A stretch of 25,730 bases of DNA from a virus (taxonomy: Duplodnaviria; Heunggongvirae; Uroviricota; Caudoviricetes). The translations under genes and the position numbers were made by a program. The notes under the pieces are model-generated. The model searched no databases. It was not told the DNA's origin and saw only the letters and a list, made by a program, of their open reading frames with translations. Shown here piece after piece: positions 1 through 7,933 of this stretch; position 1 is the first letter of the stretch, and each line of letters opens with the position of its first letter. Where the stretch lies: the IMG/VR virus record IMGVR_UViG_2706794664_000009. One strand, written 5' to 3'.

Positions 1-59
1 TCAGATCGCACAATCCGGGCTAAGTTCCCTCAAAGTGATCTACTATTCCGCGCAGCTAT

Positions 60-524
60 TTAGATTCGTCTCGCCTGCCAGAAATTTTTCTGCCAATAGA
101 CATTATCAAGTGAGGAACGCATCACTCCCTTGCTGGTAGAGGCGTGGATAAATTGGTTGTTGGTATCGTAAATACCTACATGCAAACCATTTTGTCCGGA
201 ACCCGTTTTGAAAAAGACCAGGTCACCAGGCAGCAACTCGTCTTTATCAATTTGCGTGCCGATAGAGGCTTGTTCTTTGGTTTCTCGGGGCAGCTGCAAA
301 TCGAAACGATCGCGCATCGTTACAACCACAAATCCCGAACAGTCCACACCGCGCCGCGTCATGCCACCATAACGATACGGCGTGCCATGCCAGCTTTGTA
401 GCTGGTCGTTCAAACCGGCAATAACGGTAATCGAATCAGAAAGTCTGGCATTTGGCGGCGGTGCTTTATGGTGGCTACACCCGGCCAGAAACAGTGCTGT
501 GATCAAAATAAGGCAGAAACGCAT
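60..524 (-). CDS. nlpC: NlpC/P60-family lipoprotein NlpC
   Basis: 154-aa ORF with a lipoprotein signal (LFLAGCS lipobox) and an NlpC/P60 Cys-His core (DCSGF ... GLHVGIY). Sequence and its position after btuD match E. coli NlpC as I recall it. Confidence 0.9.
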   Translation of the reverse strand: MRFCLILITALFLAGCSHHKAPPPNARLSDSITVIAGLNDQLQSWHGTPYRYGGMTRRGVDCSGFVVVTMRDRFDLQLPRETKEQASIGTQIDKDELLPGDLVFFKTGSGQNGLHVGIYDTNNQFIHASTSKGVMRSSLDNVYWQKNFWQARRI

Positions 525-601
525 TCCGTACGGTTCCTCTGTTTTTTATTCTTGCATTAATTTAGCGTCGTAATTACCCGATTTTCAAGATACTAATGAA
601 A

Positions 602-1351
602 TCAGATGGTCGAAATCAGCATTCTGTGACCTTCGATATCCAGACGGCGAAAATTCATCCCATAGGCCTGCGCCAGATTTGGCGGCGTGAGCACCTCTTC
701 TCTGCGTCCACTGGCCAGCATTTTTCCACCTTTTAGCAACCACGCCCGATGCGCATGACGCAATGTGTGGTTGAGATCGTGACTGCTCATCACAATCGCC
801 AGTCCTTGCTGACACAGAGCGCTCAGAATTTTGTCTAACGCACTTTGTTGCGCAACATCAAGACTGTTCATCGGCTCATCAAGAAGCAGCAATTGGCCTG
901 CGGGATTGGCTTGTGGTGTGATTTGCAGCACCACCGCAGCAAGACGTACGCGTTGCCATTCACCGCCGGAAAGTTGATTGGTGCTACGTCCGAGTTTGTC
1001 ATCAAGAGCCAGCGCCCCTGCGACATCATTCAGTAGTTCGGTACGCGTTTTATCGTGCTGATGCAGTGTCAGATAGTGCCAGACCGGCATTGCAAACGGC
1101 GGCGTCTGCTGTTGTGAAAGATAGGCGCGATGCAGCGCGAGTTTTGTTGCGGACCATGCTTCCAGTGGTTGCCCCGCGAACTGAATACTTCCCTTACCGC
1201 TGGTCATTCCGGCCATTCGTGCCAGTAAGGTACTCTTACCCGCGCCATTCGGCCCCACCAGGTGCAGGATCTCCCCAGCCCGAACCTCGCCAGAAAGTGG
1301 CCCCAGGCGGGTAGATTCCGCAACATCCTGTAACTGCATCACAATAGACAT
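602..1351 (-). CDS. btuD: vitamin B12 ABC importer ATP-binding subunit BtuD
   Basis: 249-aa ORF with Walker A (GPNGAGKST), ABC signature (LSGGEWQR) and Walker B (LLLLDEP). Its start overlaps the btuE stop by 1 nt, as in the E. coli btuCED operon. Confidence 0.95.
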
Positions 1352-1902
1352 TATTTTGCCAACGCCAGTTTAATGCTTTCCATCACAATGGGGTCTTCCG
1401 GCGTCATATCCGGGGAAAAACGCTGGATGACCAATCCGTCCCTGCCAACTAAAAATTTCTCAAAATTCCATAAAATATCATCAGGGTACAGCGGTGCACG
1501 ACCTTTGCTGACCATACGGGCATAGAATCCGCTCTCTTCCGGCGCGACTGCGGTCGGCGCTGCGGCAATCAATTTTTGATACAGCGGATGGCGTCCTTCG
1601 CCGTTAACTTCAATCTTACTGAACATCGGGAACGTCACCCCCCATGTGGTGGTACAGTAAGTTTTAATCTCTTCATCGCTGCCCGGTTCTTGTTCCAGAA
1701 ACTGGTTGCACGGGAATCCCAGCACCACAAAACCTCGATCGGCCCAGGCTTTCTGAATATTCTCCAACTGCTCATATTGCGGCGTTAAGCCACACTTTGA
1801 GGCGACATTGACAATCAACAGCACATTACCGGCGTACTTCTCCAGCGTGGTCACTTCACCGTCGATATCTTTCACTACGGTCGTCAGAATGGAATCTTGC
1901 AT
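1351..1902 (-). CDS. btuE: glutathione peroxidase-family protein BtuE
   Basis: 183-aa ORF with a GPx-like active-site region ([19 protein letters not shown]), located between btuC and btuD. Confidence 0.9.
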
Positions 1903-1964
1903 CGTTTCTCCTGGGTGTGGTCAGTAAAAATCTTAGCTTTTAATCATAGACCGTCTTTTTGCGG

Positions 1965-2945
1965 CTAACGTCCTGCTTTTAACAATAACCAGATAAACAC
2001 CGGCGCACCCAACGTTGCGGTGACCACGCCAATAGGCAGCTCTGCGGCAGCTAATGCCAGGCGCGCTACAATATCGGCCAGCAGCACTGCGCTCGCCCCT
2101 GCCAGCGCGCAGCCGGGAAGTAATACGCGATGATCGGTTAAACCACACAACCGAAGAATATGTGGGATCACCAGACCAATAAAGCCGATAGCACCCGCCA
2201 GCGCCACACTGACGCCAACCATCCAGCCGGTCGCTGCCACCAGCACATTGCGCCAGAACCACAGGGGTAAACCCAGTTGCCGCGCCGAGATCTCGCCAAG
2301 TGCTAACATATTCATCGGCCTGGACTGACAACAGATCCACAACAACACGGGGATCAATGCCAGCATCAGCCAGCTTTGCCGCCAGTCTACGCCGCCAAAA
2401 CCGCCCATCATCCAGTACATCAGCTGACGTAAATCAACAGAGGTGGAAAAGTAGATAGCCCACGTCATTAGTGCGCTACAGATAATCCCTAATGCAACGC
2501 CAGCCAGCAATAACCGACTGGTCGAAAGATGACGACGGGCGAAACGTAAGAGTATTAAAGTGATGATAAGCGCGCCAGCAATCGCACACAGCCCTAGCGC
2601 CCAGTTGGGGAGTTGCCCTTGCCCAAGCAATACCGCGGCGATAAGCCCCACGCCTGCGCCGTTAGAGACGCCAAGTAGTCCAGGTTCTGCCAGAGGATTT
2701 TCAAACAACGCCTGCATTACAGCGCCGGATATAGCCAGCGCCGCACCAACCAGCAATACAGCCAGCGTACGTGGCAGGCGAATTTGCCAGACGAACAGTT
2801 CGCCACGAGGAGTAAACCAGTCACCTGGCGAAATCCATTGTTCACCGGCGCAAAGGCTTAAGAGAAGCGCCAGCAGCATCAAAACTGACAGGCATAATAA
2901 CCAGCGAATATTTTGTCGCTGTTGTTGGCGGGCAAGTGTCAGCAT
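1965..2945 (-). CDS. btuC: vitamin B12 ABC importer permease BtuC
   Basis: 326-aa highly hydrophobic multi-TM ORF of the FecCD/BtuC permease type. Length and sequence match E. coli BtuC as recalled. Confidence 0.95.
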   Translation of the reverse strand: MLTLARQQQRQNIRWLLCLSVLMLLALLLSLCAGEQWISPGDWFTPRGELFVWQIRLPRTLAVLLVGAALAISGAVMQALFENPLAEPGLLGVSNGAGVGLIAAVLLGQGQLPNWALGLCAIAGALIITLILLRFARRHLSTSRLLLAGVALGIICSALMTWAIYFSTSVDLRQLMYWMMGGFGGVDWRQSWLMLALIPVLLWICCQSRPMNMLALGEISARQLGLPLWFWRNVLVAATGWMVGVSVALAGAIGFIGLVIPHILRLCGLTDHRVLLPGCALAGASAVLLADIVARLALAAAELPIGVVTATLGAPVFIWLLLKAGR

Positions 2946-3004
2946 GGTATCCGTTCTGCTGAAGTGTCATGGCGTTGATTTTACGGTGACTCTTCGACAG
3001 TGAA

Positions 3005-3029
3005 AAGAAAAAAGGCCGCAGAGCGGCCA
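3005..3029 (-). terminator. Candidate rho-independent terminator (minus strand)
   Basis: GC hairpin GGCCGC-agag-CGGCC (3015-3029) preceded on the plus strand by aaaagaaaaaa, which is a T-run after the hairpin on the minus strand. It sits just downstream of the minus-strand ORF ending at 3138 and upstream of btuC. Confidence 0.45.
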
Positions 3030-3137
3030 TAAACACAAACAAAAATCAATAAGTTAGGTAATTATCAAAGACTTACAGACACACAAAAACACAGCCAACC
3101 ACAACAAATAACAGAGATGTGGTCAATTTGTGGATCA

Positions 3138-3692
3138 TCAGCCAACAAATTTAGCAACAAATACAGCAACCGCCGCTGTGAAAATGGTTGTGCACACTGG
3201 CACAATAATGCCACTCCAACGCCACTTCGTATTATCATCAACCTTGTCAAACCGCCGATTCATCTCATCCATAATCTTGTCAAAGCGTTTATCCATCGCT
3301 TCGGTAAGCTCACCCTTCAGGCTGTTAATGTCTGATTTGAGCTGCTCTTTCAGGTTAGCTGTATCAGATTTAAGCTCACCTTTCAGATTCGCAATATCGC
3401 ATTCAAGATCACCTTTCAGATGTGCTATGTCTGCTTTGAGTTCACCTTTCACCTCACCAACATCGGCTTTAGTTGAGAGGTTTGTAGTGCGTTCAGCAAG
3501 CGTCGCAAGGTCGTTTCTTGTTAGCGATAAATCACCTTCGAGCCGCTCAATTCGCCTTTCAAGTTTATCTGACATTCCGCCTCCACTACTGCCGCCATCG
3601 CCACCATGATAAAGCACATCACGCTCAGAATGCGACACACTACCTGCTGAATTACCGAAAAGATTTCTTGCTACATTACCCATTATCACCAT
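3138..3692 (-). CDS. Coiled-coil protein with tandem 11-residue repeats and a C-terminal hydrophobic anchor; function unknown
   Basis: ORF with repeats LKGELKADIAH / LKGDLECDIAN / LKGELKSDTAN / LKEQLKSDINS and a C-terminal TM-like segment (IIVPVCTTIFTAAVAVFVAKFVG). An alternative start at 3575 (MSDKLERR) has a GGAGG 4 nt upstream. The region is AT-rich relative to the phage structural genes. Confidence 0.55.
   Translation of the reverse strand: MVIMGNVARNLFGNSAGSVSHSERDVLYHGGDGGSSGGGMSDKLERRIERLEGDLSLTRNDLATLAERTTNLSTKADVGEVKGELKADIAHLKGDLECDIANLKGELKSDTANLKEQLKSDINSLKGELTEAMDKRFDKIMDEMNRRFDKVDDNTKWRWSGIIVPVCTTIFTAAVAVFVAKFVG
3300..3455. repeat. Five tandem 33-bp direct repeats inside the coiled-coil ORF
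   Basis: The motif agctcacc(t/c)ttcag recurs with ends at 3320, 3353, 3386, 3419 and 3452, an exact 33-bp period that encodes the 11-residue protein repeats. Confidence 0.7.
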
Positions 3693-4005
3693 CCTGCGCT
3701 TTGTCTTTCTCCAACCACTTCAGCACCGCAGACGTACGATAAAGGCTCAGGTAACCACAATTCAGGCAATGCAGCGTGTAATAAGTTTTGCGCATATCAG
3801 GTATGCTCTTAACATCACCCAAAAAAGCATAAGATACATAATGCTTTATGTTCTCTTTAATTAACTCACTCTGTTCCTCCAGGGGTAGATTGTTAAAATT
3901 TTCTGGTTTCTTATTTTTATCCCAGCAAAGATCCATACTTTCTGGAACAGATAATCGCGACGATCCACATGAAGGGCAGACACTGGAGACCCCCTTCTCA
4001 GACAA
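3676..4005 (-). CDS. Small zinc-ribbon protein (CPSCG ... CLNCG); function unknown
   Basis: 109-aa ORF with two CxxC pairs. The called start is TTG at 4005 and the frame is open into the masked run, so the true 5' end may lie inside 4022-4252. Its stop overlaps the long form of the downstream coiled-coil ORF. Confidence 0.45.
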   Translation of the reverse strand: MSEKGVSSVCPSCGSSRLSVPESMDLCWDKNKKPENFNNLPLEEQSELIKENIKHYVSYAFLGDVKSIPDMRKTYYTLHCLNCGYLSLYRTSAVLKWLEKDKAQDGDNG

Positions 4006-4252
4006 GAAACGGAAGAAGATTNNNNNNNNNNNNNNNNNNNNNNNNNNNNNNNNNNNNNNNNNNNNNNNNNNNNNNNNNNNNNNNNNNNNNNNNNNNNNNN
4101 NNNNNNNNNNNNNNNNNNNNNNNNNNNNNNNNNNNNNNNNNNNNNNNNNNNNNNNNNNNNNNNNNNNNNNNNNNNNNNNNNNNNNNNNNNNNNNNNNNNN
4201 NNNNNNNNNNNNNNNNNNNNNNNNNNNNNNNNNNNNNNNNNNNNNNNNNNNN

Positions 4253-5138
4253 GCCCCAGAATTTTCTGGAGCGTCAGAATATTGCCGCCGTTCATCATGA
4301 AATGACTGGCGAAGGTGTGGCGCAGCGCATGAACAGCCTGGCCGTCAGGAACATCAGGTGCGACCGTTTTGATGACATCGCGAACCAATGAATAATCCAG
4401 CGTCGGAAACACCAGTTTCCCGCCCCGTTTTTTGATCTTTTCAAACAGGCTTTCAGAAATAGGAACGGTACGGTTTTTGCTGTTCTTCGTTTTTGAAAAA
4501 GTGATTCGACAATGAAGAACACGGCGCTGCTCCAGTGCCGCTACCTCGCCCCATCGCGCCCCGGTCGACAGAAGGATTTCGACGGCCAGCCGTTCATCGG
4601 GATTTTCAGCCAGTGCATCCAGCAACTGAACACATTCAGACTTACTCAGATATCCCATTTCACGCTCGTTAACCTTCATTCCTTTAAGGCCTTGAACGGG
4701 GTTATCGTTAAGAAAATGGCCGGATGAGATGAGTGCGGTAAACATCGCGCTTAACGCCCCAATCTCTCGATTTATGGTGCTGGGCTGTATCCCCTGCTCT
4801 ATCCTGGACACACGTAGCTCGGTGAGCATCGTTGTATTAAGTTTATGCACGCACGGGTCATCCATTGCCTCACTCAAGCGCAGCAATTTAAGGCGCGTGT
4901 TATGCCCTGACTTCATTAGCTGGCCGTGGTATTTCCACCACAAGTCAATAAGCACTGACAGCGGACGGCGATCAATGGAGTTTCCTTTCCACTCATTGTT
5001 ATGCTGTTGCGCCAGCACCCACCGCTCATATAAAACTGCATCCGATTTCGTTTTAAATTTTTTGCGAATGCGTTTGCCTTTACGCCCCTCAGGACGCATG
5101 TCAAGAAGATACCCTCCCGGAATTGATTTTATGCTCAT
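4253..5138 (-). CDS. int: P2-type tyrosine integrase (3' end inside masked run 4022-4252)
   Basis: From the ATG at 5138 (MSIKSIPGG...) the protein aligns along its length with recalled P2 Int, including GARWGE, HALRHTFA and the C-terminal LQKILG that runs into the gap. About 40 residues, including the catalytic Tyr, should lie in the masked part. Confidence 0.9.
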
Positions 5139-5187
5139 TCGTGAAGCCCCAGCGTTACAAGACCACCATGCCCCCAGCGTTCCATGA

Positions 5188-5499
5188 TTAGCCGGGCTGT
5201 GTGCCAGTCTTGCGGGATTTTTGAGAAGACGATGTGTTTTCTGGCCCATCAGGGGAGAGAGAAGGACTGATCTGCCCAGCAGCCTCATTTGTTTCGTTAC
5301 TCATCAACCACGTAGTGTATTTTTTAAATTCCGGGTGCATTGTGATTTTCAGTAAAACCTCCGTTCCCACACCTCGAATACCAGTCTCGTATTGCTTAAC
5401 CGTACCAACCGCAATACCTATTGAATCCGCGAACTTTGCCTGACTAAGCCCCTCAGATTCTCGAATTGCTTTTAGCTTCTTTGATATCTCTATTGACAT
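5188..5499 (-). CDS. C: P2 C-type immunity repressor
   Basis: 103-aa ORF from the ATG at 5499 (MSIEISKK...), about 100 aa like P2 C, with a C-terminal pattern close to recalled P2 C (PEFKKYTTWLMSNE ... GQISP ... SQKSRKTG). It lies immediately upstream of int and divergent from the early operon. Confidence 0.8.
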   Translation of the reverse strand: MSIEISKKLKAIRESEGLSQAKFADSIGIAVGTVKQYETGIRGVGTEVLLKITMHPEFKKYTTWLMSNETNEAAGQISPSLSPDGPENTSSSQKSRKTGTQPG

Positions 5500-5594
5500 G
5501 GTGTGCACCTGAATACTATATTGGTTATCAGTTGAGTACCACTTGACGCTACAAAGAGCCACAAATAGCACCAGATTGAATAGGTTATCACACC
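5500..5594. promoter_or_regulatory. Divergent C / early-operon control region with candidate operator repeats
   Basis: Intergenic region between the divergent C and cox-like starts. GGTTATCA occurs as a direct repeat at 5523-5530 and 5583-5590, each preceded by TGAATA. A TTGACG -35-like hexamer is at 5543-5548. No promoter was mapped precisely. Confidence 0.35.
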
Positions 5595-5873
5595 ATGGCA
5601 AAAGTCCTTAACACATACGAACAAGCGGATTTTGAGCGTTTGGCGGCGTTCTACCCATACCGTAATGAACATGGGCTACCGGTACTTGAAGAAAGCCTAG
5701 AGGATTATGCGAAACGCACAAATCAAAGCATTCTCGCTGTAAGAAGGCAGGCTGATAGATCGGTAATTCCCGTTACTCAAGAAGGAAGAAACACAAAACG
5801 CAAAGTAAATCTCTTCGCAATTTTCCTGAAAACCATCAGAAACGCAGAGAAATACGTGCAGATGACAAAATAA
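5595..5873 (+). CDS. Cox-position small regulator (putative excisionase / transcription factor)
   Basis: 92-aa first gene of the rightward early operon, divergent from C, with the size and position of P2 Cox. The call is positional; I did not recognise the sequence. Confidence 0.45.
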   Translation: MAKVLNTYEQADFERLAAFYPYRNEHGLPVLEESLEDYAKRTNQSILAVRRQADRSVIPVTQEGRNTKRKVNLFAIFLKTIRNAEKYVQMTK

Positions 5874-5887
5874 CGAGGTGTCATTTT

Positions 5888-6226
5888 ATGCTGAAGCAAC
5901 GCCGTAATTTTTGTACCGGAACAGAACGCCACGCTAACCGTTTCACTACCAGTGCATCACGCAGCAACATCCGCTACAGCCTGAGTGATACACACGCAAC
6001 GCCGGATGGCTACCCAGTAAAACAAATCGGCGAGCACGCCTGGCTGATTGAGAAAGCTGGAATCGTGATCCACAAATGCCCACGCAATCCGTTTACCGGA
6101 AACCGCATTTTTGCACTGAGCTGTGGCGACAATCAGTTCGGGCAGGATTTCACATTATACGAAGCACTTCGCACGGTTGATCGTCTGCTTCGCGGGCAAA
6201 GTTTTATTAAACAGGCTGATTTATAA
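5888..6226 (+). CDS. Hypothetical early-operon protein
   Basis: 112-aa ORF with a GAGGTG Shine-Dalgarno 7 nt upstream, co-oriented and tightly packed with the early genes. Confidence 0.5.
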   Translation: MLKQRRNFCTGTERHANRFTTSASRSNIRYSLSDTHATPDGYPVKQIGEHAWLIEKAGIVIHKCPRNPFTGNRIFALSCGDNQFGQDFTLYEALRTVDRLLRGQSFIKQADL

Positions 6227-6236
6227 CAGGTGCTTT

Positions 6237-6524
6237 ATGACCAAAGACAATGCACAAGGTGTATTTATCCGTTTTATTGATTTTCGCGGTGAACTGTTAT
6301 TACGTGCATCCGCTATTGACGGAGTGACTCCGGCGGGTAAAAACGGAGCCGACGAAGCCACTTACGTTTATCTGAACGGCACGCGACTGCTTGTGGAACT
6401 TCCGTACCAGACCGTACGAGAAATCATCAGCGAAGATGAAAAGGCACGCCAGGTTAATGGCGATGAACCCTATATCGAAATTATTTGTATGGATTCAGAA
6501 GCTGAAATACAGAAAGCAGATTAA
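6237..6524 (+). CDS. Hypothetical early-operon protein
   Basis: 95-aa ORF from an internal ATG (MTKDNAQGV...) chosen to avoid a 100-nt overlap with the upstream gene; AGGTG lies upstream. Confidence 0.45.
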   Translation: MTKDNAQGVFIRFIDFRGELLLRASAIDGVTPAGKNGADEATYVYLNGTRLLVELPYQTVREIISEDEKARQVNGDEPYIEIICMDSEAEIQKAD

Positions 6525-6535
6525 AGGGCGTTGTG

Positions 6536-6778
6536 ATGGGCAAAGAATATAAAACTCTCATTAACAAAGCACTTGAGCGTTTTTATTTTCGCTTAAGTGC
6601 ATCAGGCGCTCATGCTGAACGTGCGGCCCGTGACTCATTGACCAGAGCAATCCGAAGTCTGTATGACGTGGCTTTTTACGCTGATGATCTGGATGCACTT
6701 AACGAACTTTCCGAGCTGATCTGTGCCGCAGAATGCGGGGAACATATTGAACCGTATAAGCTGGGAAATATCGCATGA
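6536..6778 (+). CDS. Hypothetical early-operon protein
   Basis: 80-aa ORF; ATG at 6536 (GTG at 6533 is an alternative) with AAGGG upstream. Confidence 0.45.
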   Translation: MGKEYKTLINKALERFYFRLSASGAHAERAARDSLTRAIRSLYDVAFYADDLDALNELSELICAAECGEHIEPYKLGNIA

Positions 6779-6888
6779 GTATATTTATTTCATGGCTTGT
6801 TCTGATTATTTCGGTGGTCTGCGCCATTGGGATTATGCGAATTATTAATTCAGTAAAAAAGATTGAACGCTTTTTCACTGAAGAATAA
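6775..6888 (+). CDS. Small hydrophobic protein (37 aa, single predicted TM)
   Basis: Not in the ORF track. ATG at 6775 overlaps the upstream stop (ATGA) and encodes MSIFISWLVLIISVVCAIGIMRIINSVKKIERFFTEE. Short ORFs are error-prone. Confidence 0.3.
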   Translation: MSIFISWLVLIISVVCAIGIMRIINSVKKIERFFTEE

Positions 6889-6974
6889 CCGCGCAAATAA
6901 GACCCCAGGTTAAATAAGAAAATGTGAAAACAATCCGCATTCGCGGAGGTATTCGCACACGCCAAGGAGGCGTA

Positions 6975-7178
6975 ATGGCAATTAAGCATTTTCCTGTCGT
7001 TCGTTTCACCTCCAGAGGACGTGAATACGAAGTTGACGAACGCCTGATTACCACAATCGACAAACACCGTTCAGAAAAGGATGCACATCATATCTATCTC
7101 ACTGACGGCACTTACTTCTGCGCCACCAACGTGGTGCAGGTGAATCTTATCAGACAGGTACAGGAGTCACGCAGATGA
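6975..7178 (+). CDS. Hypothetical early-operon protein
   Basis: 67-aa ORF from ATG 6975 with a strong AAGGAGG 4 nt upstream; the track's longer form from 6924 lacks a comparable RBS. Confidence 0.45.
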   Translation: MAIKHFPVVRFTSRGREYEVDERLITTIDKHRSEKDAHHIYLTDGTYFCATNVVQVNLIRQVQESRR

Positions 7179-7420
7179 CCATTCTGGACTACATCGCTGC
7201 CAATCCGGGTTGTAGCAGTGGAGAAATCGCCGCAGCACTGAATACACCAACCACAACCATTAATGCGGAGCTACGCCGTCTCTGGCGCAGCGGTTTAGTC
7301 ACAAGAAAAGAGCGCAAAACAGGCGGTCGCTTTTCTTATCAGGTAAACCTGATGCCGTTTGGGTGTAGCAACCCACTAACCCAGATGTTCAACCAGCTAC
7401 TGAGGGAAATCAGAGCATGA
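7175..7420 (+). CDS. Small putative winged-helix DNA-binding protein
   Basis: 81-aa ORF whose start overlaps the upstream stop (ATGA), with AGGAG upstream. The N-terminal pattern (ILDYIAANPGCSSGEIAAAL ... LRRLWRSGLV) looks like a wHTH; this is an inference. Confidence 0.45.
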   Translation: MTILDYIAANPGCSSGEIAAALNTPTTTINAELRRLWRSGLVTRKERKTGGRFSYQVNLMPFGCSNPLTQMFNQLLREIRA

Positions 7421-7561
7421 GCACCTCCAACTGCCGGAAACCACGTCGGGCTTCAGCAGCTCATCCGGCAGCAAAACAAACTCCATTAATTCCTGTTCCG
7501 GGCCTTTCCTGCACCTTGCGGCGGGAGGCCTTCGCACATCTGTAACAAGAGGATTGCCGCA

Positions 7562-7927
7562 ATGATTCTCGCCAACGACTTTCTTGAATACCTGCTCAAC
7601 ACAGAGCGTGATCTTGCCGCTCGCGTGCGTGATCGTTATGACATGTACCTGAAATCCCTGCCTGTACCGCAGCTCGCTGACGGAAAGATTGTTATTGATG
7701 GTCGCTACATGATTGACAGCCACGAGGGAAATTACAGGCTTTACCGCATTGAAGGTGGCACCCCGTCCGTTATTGGCATTTACCAGCGCCCATCCTCTGC
7801 AATCGTCGATGTGATTGCCGACAGCATCCGCATCACACATCGCCATGCCGACACAGAAGACACCGTGCTGGAAATTCAGCGGCTGGCTACAGTCTGCCGC
7901 GACACCCTGAATGGCATGACGAAGTAA
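7562..7927 (+). CDS. Hypothetical early-operon protein
   Basis: 121-aa ORF with AAGAGGA 8 nt upstream, ending 7 nt before the gene A start. Confidence 0.5.
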   Translation: MILANDFLEYLLNTERDLAARVRDRYDMYLKSLPVPQLADGKIVIDGRYMIDSHEGNYRLYRIEGGTPSVIGIYQRPSSAIVDVIADSIRITHRHADTEDTVLEIQRLATVCRDTLNGMTK

Positions 7928-7933
7928 ATCACT

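Noticed and set aside
144-573. Plus-strand ORFs of 85 and 63 aa
   Set aside because: Antisense to nlpC and its upstream region, with no support.
2560-3003. 147-aa plus-strand ORF
   Set aside because: Mostly antisense to btuC, whose minus-strand product is a clear full-length multi-TM permease.
2946-3137. tRNA gene at the integration junction
   Set aside because: No cloverleaf-compatible sequence or conserved T-loop (GTTCxAxTC) was seen between btuC and the first foreign ORF, so integration into a tRNA is not supported by the visible sequence.
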